Below are positions 1 through 10,992 of a stretch of DNA of 64,000 nt, one piece after another. A program made the translations under genes and the position numbers. The notes under the pieces were generated by a model. That model had not been told where the DNA came from. It saw only the letters and a list, made by a program, of their open reading frames with translations, and did not search any database. Origin of the DNA: Phaeosaccion multiseriatum (taxonomy: Eukaryota; Protista; Ochrophyta, other classes); contig OZ218953.1 in NCBI GenBank assembly GCA_965112735.1, forward strand, positions 1,488,001 through 1,552,000, given 5' to 3'. Numbering within the stretch: the first letter of the stretch is position 1; each line of letters starts with the position of its first letter.

Positions 1-162
1 GCCATCAAGGACCAAGCCTCGCCCAATCTCCACCGACATCTGCTTGCAAAGAACATGCGCATGCCATAGAAAAGAAGCTGCTGCCCGCACCACTGAGCGC
101 GCGTATAGCACACGTTGGTGCCTCCCACAGCACTTCAGTCGTCGCAAAACTCAGTTTCCTCC

Positions 163-654
163 TTAGGCCTCTTGCTCGGCAGGTAAATCCACACCCAGGA
201 CATTGGCCACGTCAGCCTTGCTCTTAATTCGGTTGATAATCTTATTACGAACCTCAACATTTGGCCCCATGCCACACTCTCCCAAGCTGCAGACGGGAGA
301 GAGCCAAGGGGGGGACAGGGACAGAGATGGGGGAGGATCAAAAGGTCAGTGTATCATGAGGCCCCACCAGACCCCCCCTTCCTTCTCTCACCACTCTATT
401 TCCTCGATCTGAACGTCGGTGCCCTCTGCCAGCTCCTTGAAAATCTTCAGCACACGTGCAGATCCTTTGCGGGAGCAATCCTTCGACTTCGAGCAGACTC
501 TCACGACATCTGGGGTGGCTCCTGCGTCTTGCGCACGGAGTAGGCCTCCCCGCCCTGCTCGTCCTCTTGTGGCTGCTCGAGCCGGCCCACCTTGTAGAAA
601 GGACTCACATGGCACACACAGAAGCAGAAGCAGTAGCCCTACCATGCCATTCAT
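163..654 (-). CDS. Plastid-targeted thioredoxin-like [2Fe-2S] ferredoxin family protein (2 exons: 654-392, 286-163)
   Basis: Splicing TG|gtgaga...ctgcag|C gives VRVCSKSKDCSRKGS...EEIECLGECGMGPNVEV, the four-Cys Trx-like ferredoxin pattern. A hydrophobic signal peptide ends at CES-F and is followed by an Arg/Ala-rich transit peptide (heterokont ASAFAP-type). Stop TAA at 165-163. Confidence 0.85.
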
Positions 655-781
655 CAAGAGGAAGTGTAGGAATAGTCAAGTGAAAAAAAAGAAGGGGGGC
701 AATTGACGACGCCCGTGCTACAACCGGTGTAGCAAAAAGTCGGCCCCTAACAAGAAAATTTGAAAAAACAAACCTAACAAG

Positions 782-881
782 CCAGAACCTGGAACCTGGC
801 CCGCTGGCGAGGCTTGGCAGAGCAGCCTTGGCCCTCATCATTGCCTTATTACATGGCTTTCCCCCAGAACCTGGAACCTGG
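782..881. promoter_or_regulatory. Repeated 18-bp motif CCAGAACCTGGAACCTGG (782-799, 864-881) upstream of the ferredoxin gene
   Basis: Exact direct repeat visible in the intergenic region. A regulatory role is only inferred from position. Confidence 0.3.
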
Positions 882-1211
882 GTCGCCTCAGAACCTTGTC
901 AGGGGGCGACAAAATGCCTCCTTCTTCGGAAAGAATGATAGAAGGAGGAGGTAACAACACTATACATTGAACGGGAGAGTTTCAACGCTATACTTAGGAG
1001 CGGTATCGGTCAGCTCCATACAGGACTACAGACCCGAGTGTGAACAAAAACCCTACAAGCCTACAAGCCTCCCCTGCTGCCTCCCTATAGCAATTACGCC
1101 CACGCAATTTTCCCACCCGGACATGCTGAGCGCACCATCGTAACGTGTTTAGTACGTGCCATGGGGAGGGGAAAAGGTAGTCACTTCACTCGCAGAAGGT
1201 GGCTTCACCCT

Positions 1212-4200
1212 TCAGCCCTCGGTGACCTCGAAGGTCATTCCCTTTGCCCGCAGTCGCTCCAGCAGCACATGCCCCAGCGCAGAAGCGGGCCCCAGCACGC
1301 CCCCCCGGGGGGACGGCGCCTCCTGCCCTTGGGCGCCGAGCACGAGGCCCAAGCCGCTCTCGCAGAGCATCTTTGCTGTCTCGTTGTACCTGTGTGGGCG
1401 CGTGAGAGTGAGGGACGCGTAAGTTGCGAAGGGCCACAGGAGGGAACTCACTCTATCACCATCATTCAATCACTCATCGCGCACTTTCTTCCTCTCTTAC
1501 CCACTCACTCACTCACTCACTCACGCACTCACTTACTCATTCTCTTCGTCCCTCACCCACCCTCACTCGCCCACTCACTCTCTTGCTCCACTCTCTGCAC
1601 TCACTCACTCACTCCAAAGCACACAGAACATCTCACAATGTTTACCTCAATCAATATCTCACAATATTTCACTCACTCACCCACTCACCCCCCCACGCTC
1701 TCCCTCACTCACCCGCAGTCGCCCTTGTCGCTCCCCACTCTTCCCCTGATGGCCACCTCCTTGCCGTCCTCCCCGGGGTAGGAGCGAGCAACAAAGTCGA
1801 GAAACCACTTGCTCGACTCGCGGAACTTCTTGCTGGGGCCGCTGCCGGTGGCGGGGAAAAGCTTGCGCACGAGAGGCCGGGTGAGGGGCAGGTAGAACAG
1901 CTTTAGCGTCAGGTTGACGACCGAGGTGAGCACCAGACCGCCTGGCGAGGAGGAGGGGCGGGAGGGGTTGGAGTGAACATCGGGGTGGCGTGGGAGAGCG
2001 AGAGGGGTGGGGGGGTTAAAGGAGGAAGGAGAAAGGTCGAAATTTCTACTTTGATGCACTGCATTCAATAGGCATATATGCACTTACAAAAGAAGCCCTT
2101 GATCTTCCCGGGCATGAGAAAGTAGTTGGAGTACGAGCAGGGCCCGTCCGCGCCGCCGTACCCCCCTGGGCAGAGCGACAAGCATTCGAGTACGAGCGTG
2201 AACGCAATTCTGAACTCGAGACACGAGAAGCTCAATCAAGCAGCAGGGAACAAGCAAGGGAAGCAAGCATTTCCTTAACGCACGTGCTCCCCCTCCTCAA
2301 TACACCAGAGACTCCTCCTTCTTTGCCTCCCCCCCCTCCCTTCCTCACCGAGCAACACGCTGGACCGCTGCACCATCTTGGCATCGTGGTGCGCAAGGGG
2401 CATGGGGCCTGTCCACCCTCCCTTGCCCTTGCTGGCGTCTTTGTCGTAGCCAAAGCCGGTCACGGAGCGGGGCAGACCCTCGGGCAGAGGGGCGGAGATG
2501 TCATCCGTGGCGAGGTAGAGGGGGCTCTCCAGTTGCTTCACGTTCTTGCCAGCGTCCCACATCATCGTCGAGATGACTTCGATACTAACGCAATCAGCCA
2601 GCAGAGCAGGGTCGGGGTCGGTCAGAGTAAGGCAGAGCAGAGCAAAGCATGGTCAGAGAAGAGGCATATGTATAGAGCAGAGGTATATGGGTAAAGTAGA
2701 GGCGTATGGGTAGAGCAGCGGCCTACGATATGTGCAGAGCGAGCGTGTGCGTGTATGGGTAGAGGTAGAGCAGGTGCAAAGCCCTTACCGCAAGGACCGC
2801 CCCCGGAGGATAATGCGTCCCCGACAAACACACGCCCCCCTCCCACCTACCTGTTGCTGGTTCCCCCGCTCAGGCCCAACTCGGTGACGTCCGCGCTCTG
2901 CTCGCCCATGAAGGACCTGTTGACGAGTGAGAGTGAGAGTGAGAGAAGGGGAGGGGAGGGGAGGGTAGGGGAGGGGGGTTGGGTGGACGTGGGCGTACGG
3001 CGAGAGGAGCAAGTACACGCGTGCTTGGCCTTGCGTCTCTACATACGTCGTTCTGCCTTTGAATCCGAGCAACTCTCGTTTCTTTCGCTCTTCGCCTCCT
3101 TCTTTCATGCCGGCAAGGGGCTCGTTCGTTGTGTGGGGCTTTCATGTGTACTTACTTGCACTCACGCATGGCCTTGCCGTGCTTGTCTTTGAGGTGCTCC
3201 TTCATCATGAAGGCTCCCAGCTCAGCTGAAGAATGAGGGGGGGGGGGAGAGCAGGGAGAGAAGAGAGAGGGAGAAAGAGAGAGAGGGAGAGAAGAGAGAG
3301 AGGGATAAGAGAGGTGAGAGTGAGGGAGGGAGAGAGGGAGAGGGAGAGGGAGTGGGAGAGGGAGGGAAGGAGAGAAGAGACACGAAGACAAAGCGCTACA
3401 CAGAGCTCTGAAAGGGTTGGAGTAGTAGGCATTGTTACCAAGGAGAATGTACACACTCACCTGGCACACAGTCATAACCGCACGAACACACAATTTTGGA
3501 TCCTGTCTTCTCGGCCTCCTCGTGGTGCCTGTCGATGATGTCCCTGACCCAGGGAGACTCGCCCGTCAAGTCACAGCAGTGAACCCCGCCCCTGACGCAT
3601 GCAGCCACGAGCTCGTTGCCGTACCTTCATTTACGCACGTGACGGGGGTAGGTACAAAGCAACCGAAGGCACGAACGAAAGACCGGAATGAGTTGCGGGG
3701 AAGGCGCGCAACAACATGCACTGAGCGCACTTGCTTGTTGGACGTTTCGCCTCCGCCCCGTCTGCTCTATTCGTACCACTCACAGCGAGTAAGGCCCGAC
3801 AGTGGTGATGATGCATTTGGTCTGCTGGCACATGCGCTCCAGAGTGTCGGGCTTGTCGCTGTCTGCGTTGATCACGGACAGGTCTTTGGCCTGCTCGCCC
3901 AACTTGGCCTTGAGCTGATCCAGCTGCTCCGAGGGAGAGGCATCAGCACCACGCCAGGAGTATGAGAAAAACGTACCGGGGGGATCAGAAAGGTTGGGGG
4001 GGAGGGGGGGGGGCAGGAGAGACGCGGTAAGAGGGTCTTGGAAGATAGACAGTCGACGACAGGAGCTGCCTGGAGATTGGTGGGACACAAGCAAAGGCTG
4101 TACGCTGCTCAGCCGGGTGCTCGTCTTTTTTTCTTCGGCAGCTTGCCTTGCTCGTTTCCTTTTGTTTTAATTTTCCATACACAAAAACATCCTCCTTCCC

Positions 4201-4490
4201 AGTTTCTTCCCCTCCGGCCGGAGCGACGCTCAGCAGCCACCTTGTCCTTGTTGCGCCCTGCCAACGCCCACTTAAAGTCCGAGGGCTCCGCGCCGTACTC
4301 CTTCAAGAGGTACTCGCAGACGATGTTGCCTGTGAAGCTCGTAGCGCCGTACACGACCTACGGGGAAATCGTGGTGGGACAGGAAGGGTAAAGGACGTGG
4401 GTGATGGAGCGGGGCATTCCAGCTGCCTTAGAGGCCTCTCTCGCGAGCTCTTACAAGATCGTACGCCTTGGAACCAGATGGGCCGGCCAT
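1212..4490 (-). CDS. SCCPDH: Saccharopine dehydrogenase-like oxidoreductase / trans-acting enoyl reductase family, multi-exon
   Basis: Exon peptides MAGPSGSKAYDL|VVYGATSFTG...WALAGRN, TTVGPYSL, HCCDLTGESPWVRDIIDRHH...CGYDCVP, LSGGT, GDCG|YNETAKMLCESGL...GGVLGPASALG...LLERL are hallmark motifs. The boundaries I checked are canonical GT-AG. Confidence 0.9.
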
Positions 4491-5201
4491 TGTTGGATGT
4501 TGCTCAGACTTTTGGAGGTTAGGTTTTGTCTTCTCTCTCAGCCAGTGCCACTGGTGGTGGAGTAGAGGGATGAAAGGAAAGGCTTGTGGGAACTTGGACC
4601 AGCGGCTGCGGAGGGAAAAGAAGAGCAGGTGCAGGATGAAGAATACGGGGCGGTGAACTGTGCTCCGTGCCGTGCTCTATAGTGCCAGCAGGACTCATGT
4701 TGCTCCTCGCCCGTGGTGATGTTTCCCCCCAAAAGACGATCGCACACCACCCAGGCGTGGAAACCCTCGTCCCTCCCAAACAACCAACAGCTTTTTTCCT
4801 TTTTTTCTGTTTTTTCCCTTGGATTTTTGTTCAGACTCCCCAACGAGAAAGGGGGATAGCACTCCCCAACAAAACAAAACACAATCGCAAGAGGTCTGTA
4901 TCAGCTTTCTCGTAAAGAGACAAAGGAACAAAGGCATCAAAGACAGGTAGGCACGAGCTGCGTATTAAAAAAAAATGCGTGCCATAAAAATGGCACGCCA
5001 CTGATAGTAGTGACTCCGCAGCTGCGGAGTAGAGCACCTCAGAGATTACGCATATCATCGTAGGTGTGAATTGCTGGTGGTGAGACTCCGTACCACTTCC
5101 TCCATTGGACCTGCGTTGCTCTCCTCTCTCCTGCTGGCTTGCCTCTTTGAAGACTGACGCCGAGAAGCTTTTCCACCAACGGTTCCCAATTGAAGGTGCC
5201 A

Positions 5202-8200
5202 ATGGGGAGGCCCGCGGTTCTGGCGGTGGTGGGTGCTTTGCTGGGCGCTCACGTGGCCTCGAGCTCTGCACCAATCAGCAGTCCGGAATGCTTTTGCAAC
5301 GGCATCTACCCCGACGGCACCCGCGAGATTTGCGTGGTTAATGAAGACTGCCTCACCAACACTGCGGGCTCTGGCTGCTTTCCGGACTTGACCGGGAGGA
5401 TGAGGTGCCAATTTGTGGACCCTCGCGGAACTGTGCCTCCTTCCCCGTCCACAACCACCCCTCCGTCTCCTTCCACGGCCTGCGGGGGAGCGGCCTGTGA
5501 CATGTGCGCTGACTTGTGCCCGGGATACATGCAGTGTTTCGTAGGTAAGCATGGCCAGTCCGCGAGAGAGTGGGTTCCTGGTGCCTCTGTTGGGGGCCGC
5601 TCCTCTCCTGACCCTTTAACTCGATGTCTGTCCCCTTCTTTCGTCATCCCCTACCGGCAGACCCTTCCTGTGCCGACGGTGGCTTGGGTTGCGGAGTCGG
5701 AGGCATGACGGAGTGTAGATTCTGCGAGAGCCCCCCCTACGAGAGTGTCGTCTGCTTGCCTTGCCCTACCACGGACGGTGACTGTGAGCCCCCGACCCCT
5801 TCTCCATCTCCTCCTCCCGTTGTTTCAACAACACCACCTCCATCTCCTCCTCCCGTGGTTACAACGACACCGCCGCCGTCGCAGTCAGATTCGGCTTGCA
5901 GCGTTGCGTGCCTGGAGCTCAACCCAGGCGAGCCCTGCTACACGGAGCCACAGTGCGCTCCCCAAGGAAGCATTAGCTTGGGGTGCAACGCGGGCGGAAT
6001 TCGGCCCGCTTGCAGGTGCGTGCGTGCGTGCGTGCGTCGTGTGTGCGTGAGTGACACTGCAATCGGTCTTTTCCCCACTTCGAAGGGGAGGAAGGGCTCC
6101 CTTTTGGTATATATGTCAAGTGCATTGTTTATGTCTTATGCTTTCACCCTGCCCACCCCTCTCTCTCTCACCCCCTGCTGGGCGGCAGATACTGCGGCTT
6201 TGGAGGGTTCGAGGCTTGTCCAGATGAGCCTACTGACGAGCCTATCCTCTGCCCAGAAGGCACAAGTGAGTGTCTTCGTCCTGGTCCTTATTACACTGCT
6301 TTACTTTGCTTTGGCTTCTGCCGAAGGGCCTCACTGAAGCTGTCCCATCTCCAGCACTGCGATGCCCTCCTACTGATTTATTGCGGTGTGTCCTGCGTTC
6401 CTTCTGCGCGTGTGCAGGCTTCAATCCCGCAAACGGGCCTTCCTGCCCGTGTACACAAACCGAGTACCTGCAGCTAGTGGAGGACGGGGCCATGGGCTGT
6501 ACCAGCAACTGCAAGTGAGTCCCAGCAGAGTAGGGAGAGGCCCCCCGTCTTGTTCCTGAGAGGCATGTCAGAGCGAGGTCTGTGCCCAACCTGGCTCCCC
6601 TTCCCCCACCCCCCCCTCGGCCCTCACCCCCTTGCCCCCCAGTTACGACTGTTTCTGCTGTAGCAACGACGACTTCTCGCCGACCTGTGATGGACCGAAC
6701 TGCCAGTGGACGGCCTTTGGTAGCTGCTCCGCTGAGGGAGGGTACTTCCCGTTGGCTGTGGCTGACGTGGGTCCTTGTCCCCTGGGAGACGAGTGCCCCG
6801 CCTCCGTCAGCGAGTGGGAGTTCCTCCAGGGTGTTGGGGTTCAGGGCTGTACCTTGGAGGAGAACTGCAAGTGAGTTGGCCTTGTATGGGCTTTTCCCCC
6901 AACGTGTATCACCAACACAACCGTATCATCACTGCAACGCAAAGCATGGGCTTTGCCTTTCGTCCTGTGAGCAGAGGACGAGCATGTTTGTACACATCAG
7001 GCCCTTTGTATTCACGCACGCACGCACGCACACATGCACCCCAGGTTCGATTGCTTCTGTTGTGATGAGGCCAACGTCACCCCTGAGTGCGATGGAGATC
7101 AGTGCGCCTCCTTGATTCAGGGCGGGTGCGCGGAGGACGGGACGTATGGGCCCCTTATCTACGGCGTCCGCCCCTCTCCCGATAGCTGTGACCCGGAGCT
7201 TCCTGACGCGTTCTGCCCGGCCTCAAGCAACGAGTGGATGGGGCTTGGGGGCGAGGAGGGGTGCAACACGCCCGAGGGAGGATGCACGTACGTCTTGGAC
7301 CAATGACGTCTTCTCATCTTTCTGTTTTTTTGATTGATTCGACACTTTTTTTGTCGGTGTGGCTGTTTTGCTTTCACTTCACTCTCTTCTGTGCTGCTGC
7401 CCTGGCCTCGCCCATGCTGCCTGTTCTTTCTCGCGTTTTCGGCCGACTCGGCGTGATGTCAATTACTTGCTAACCCACTTCTGTCACCCACCCACCCACC
7501 CACCCACCCACCCCGCTCTGCAATATGCTTCTGCGCGATTGTAAATGTCACCACTCCCTCAACGATTAGGTGGGACTGCTTCTGCTGTGACCCGGACAAC
7601 ATCACCGAGGAGTGCAACGCAGATGAATGCACTTGGACCAGCTTTGGGATTTGTGATACCGACGGAACTTACGGGCCCCTTGCACAGGCCGGCGTCCCTC
7701 AGTGTGACCCGGAGCTTCCTGACGCGTTCTGCCCGGCCTCAAGCAACGAGTGGATGGGGCTTGGGGGCGAGGAGGGGTGCAACACGCCCGAGGGAGGATG
7801 CACGTGCGTCTTTGACCAATGACGTCTTCTCATCTTTGTGTTTGTTTGATTGATTCGACACTTTTTTTGTCGGTCTGGCTGTTTTGCTTTCACTTCACTC
7901 TCTTCTGCTGCTGCCCTGGCCTCGCCCATGCTGCCTGTTCTTTCTCGCGTTTTCGGCCGACTCGGCGTGATGTGAAGTACATGCTAACCCACTTCTGTCA
8001 CCCACCCACCCACCCCGCGCTGCAATACGCTTCTGCGCGACTGTTAATGTCACCACTCCCTCAACGATTAGGTGGGACTGCTTCTGCTGTGACCCGGACA
8101 ACATCACCGAGGAGTGCAACGCAGATGAATGCACTTGGATCAGCTTTGGGATTTGTGATGCCGACGGCACTTACGGGCCCCTTATACAGGCCGGCGTCGC

Positions 8201-8219
8201 TCCGTGTGAATCCCCTTAA
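5202..8219 (+). CDS. Secreted cysteine-rich, Pro/Thr-linker repeat protein (8 exons: 5202-5544, 5661-6015, 6189-6265, 6418-6514, 6643-6870, 7045-7287, 7570-7803, 8072-8219)
   Basis: Signal peptide MGRPAVLAVVGALLGAHVASS. Three GGLGC...CR[FY]C-type modules are separated by PPSPSTTT linkers, followed by four 10-Cys DCFCC modules. All introns are GT-AG and phase-consistent. Stop TAA at 8217-8219. Confidence 0.85.
7187..8205 (+). repeat. Recent tandem duplication, unit about 516 bp (7187-7702; 7703-~8205), including intron sequence
   Basis: TGTGACCCGGAGCTTCCTGACGCG starts at 7187 and again at 7703. The intron copies are near-identical, with a few SNPs and indels. Confidence 0.95.
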
Positions 8220-8649
8220 TTTGTTTTGGGCGTGCGTTACGTCGTTTGGGATCTCTCTCACGCAATGCACGCACACTCTCACTCACGAACTGACTCACGC
8301 ACTCACTCACACAACACACTCACTCACCATTAGATAGTATTGTAGGGAGAGGTTGGGACGATCCTTTGGGGTCATCCTTGAGGGGAGGGGCAAGATGAGA
8401 ACAGAACAAGCTCGGGGCATAGACGTGGGTTTTCATTCCTAGGAAGCTGAGGACCTAGCACAAGGAAAAGCCGATACTGTATCAGCTGACGCCGGTGTAG
8501 AAAAAGAGAAAAGAAAAAGAAGAAAGTTATTTTTAAAATAAAATCAATTAAAACTGAATTAGTTTTTTTGTTTTTTCCCCTCTTTTTCTATTTTTTACTA
8601 TGATTACTGTACCTGTAAAAGTAAAGGGGGGGCAGTCAACGCCATCAAC

Positions 8650-9290
8650 ATGGAAAAGCGTGGCAAGAGAAAGCGTCCACGGGGACGGGAGGAAGGGCGG
8701 GGAGAAGAGAGAGATGGGAAGGAGAGAAACACCAGAGGCATGGATCGGAATCGGGGCGGAGACGACGACTGCTCCAGTGTTTGCTCTGACCTTGATGGCG
8801 AAGACGGTGTATGCGAGCTTCCCAGTGACACGTGGTTGGCCTTCATGAAACTGCACAAAGAGTTTTACGGACACCTGAGAGACAAGGTAGGTCAAAAAAG
8901 GAAGAAGGGAGGAGGGGGTGAGGAAGAGAGTTCACGTGCATGGAAATCTCCAAGCGGGGTTGGTCCATTCCAAAGATGGAGGCAGAGGAGAACCCCATCG
9001 CCTGCTGCCCCTGTTCCCTCTCGTCTACTCTGCTCTCACACAGGAGGTGGCGAGTACGGGTGTAGTGCTGCAGCATCAGCTCTACACGGTACTTGACAAC
9101 CCCACTGTGGTGGACACAGACGTTGACCAGCTAAGAGAGGAGGGCACCATTCGCATCTTCAATGTCCTCACAGGTAATGATTTGACTGGACTGCAATAGG
9201 AGGCGGTATCATGCTTTCCCTTCCTTGGGTCTCCCCCCCCCCCGGACTCAAAGGTAATTCCTCTCACTATCCCTCTCCCTTGCGTGCGCC

Positions 9291-9363
<73 letters not shown>

Positions 9364-10768
9364 GCCCCTCCCCTCGCTCATGCAACACATAGGCCGTCCT
9401 GACACCGGCTTAATGGCGAGCAAGGACTACATGAGCCTCGCCAAGCGGCTGATTGAAGAGTCCGGATCGGAGCCTCCGGATGTGGCCCAAGAAGCGAGCA
9501 ACACTCCAGAAACTCCACCGCCACCACCACCACCATCAGCAACAGCAGGGCGTACCACAGGGGGAAACTCTGCTGGCAGAGACTCGAGCTCCTTGAGTCA
9601 GAGGAGAGTCCCACCAGCACCTGCAGCAGCGGCAGCAGCGGCAGCAGCGGCAGCAGCGGCGAGGCGACTGCTGCTTCACCGGTGCTGCTTCGAGGCCTTT
9701 GGGGATCTGTTGGAGCAGTGCAGCGGCATGTTCGTGGACAAGAAAAGGGTGCTCCAAGTCGTGACTCACGCCCTTCGGCGAGGAGGGCGGGAGGAGCCAA
9801 GGCAGACGACAGAAGCAGCAGCAGGAGGAAGACGAGGGGCGGGGGGGTTACGGTACGCCAGAGGGGGGGATTGTGCCACGAGGTGCGAGAAGGAGGGCAA
9901 AGGAGAGGACAGTGGCGAAGGCGATGCGGGTACTGCTTCGAAGGAGAGAGTCAACGCTGTGATAAAGTAAGTGCGCACTCTGCGAAGGTAGATGCTCGGC
10001 GGAACTATTTCCTCTCTCTTCCTCTCCTTCCGTTCCTGTCTCCTTTCTTCTTCTCTTCCTCCCTCTCTCGCTCTCTCTCTCTCTGTCTGTCTCGCCCGCT
10101 CAGCTCTCTCCCTCTCCGCGCGTCTCATATATCTTGCTCCCTCTCCCTGCCCTCTCTCCCGCTCTCTCTCTCTCCCCCTGTATCGCGTTCTCTCACACAC
10201 TCTCTCTCTCTCTATCTGCCTATCTGTCTCCTCGCCCTCTCGCTCTTCTCGCCCTCTCAGTACACTGGTGCAGGTCCGTTTACTCCTGCCCAGGAGAGAC
10301 GTGAGCTACGGAAGAGAGGCCTTCTGGTTCTCCACACCTTCCCTGGGCACACTTGCAGTGCACCTGCGCAAGGGCAGGGAGGAGGTGCTGCAGGTCATAC
10401 AGGTGAGGGACAGGCTGGAGGCATATGGGGGAAATAGGCAGGTTTGCCTTGTCCTGGTGCTGGGAGAGTCGGACGTGTGGTCGACTTCTCACAAGCAAGT
10501 CTCCTCCTCCTCCTCCTCCTCCTCCTCCTCCTCCTCCTCCTCCTCCCATGAACCACCCTCCTCTCCTCCCCTCTACTGCCTCCTACGTACCCTGTCATAG
10601 CGCACTCGATACAAGGAGATGAAGGAGGGCGCTCTGAAGAAGCAGAAGCTTCGCAAGACCTCTCTGCCGCTGCCCTTCCTCGTCAGAGACCTCAAGGCCC
10701 TGGACAGGCTCAAGGCCTTCGACACCCCCTCGGGGACCTTCCTCCGGATGGTGGGCAAAGCCAAATAG
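8650..10768 (+). CDS. STK19: STK19 family winged-helix protein (transcription-coupled repair factor), about 5 exons
   Basis: ELPSDTWLAF, VVLQHQLYTVLDNPTVVDTDVDQLREEGTIRIF, LVQVRLLLPR...AFWFSTPSLG...LRKGREEVLQ, RTRYKEM...LPFLVRDL...DTPSGTFLRM follow the STK19 motif order. Stop TAG at 10766-10768. Confidence 0.85.
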
Positions 10769-10992
10769 CAGCAGCAGCAGCAGCAGCAGCAGCAATACGC
10801 TATAACGGTGTTTACGTTCACTTTTGTATACTATGATGTGTGTTGATATAAATCTGTTCAGCGCATCAGCGCGCCCTTCTCATCTCCCGAAGAGCAGGAG
10901 GGTGGCGCGTGTCCGTCTGTAACTTACCTATCTTATGTACAAAAGAGACACACAACATGGTAATGGTACTTCTACGTAAAACAAAGCATGGC

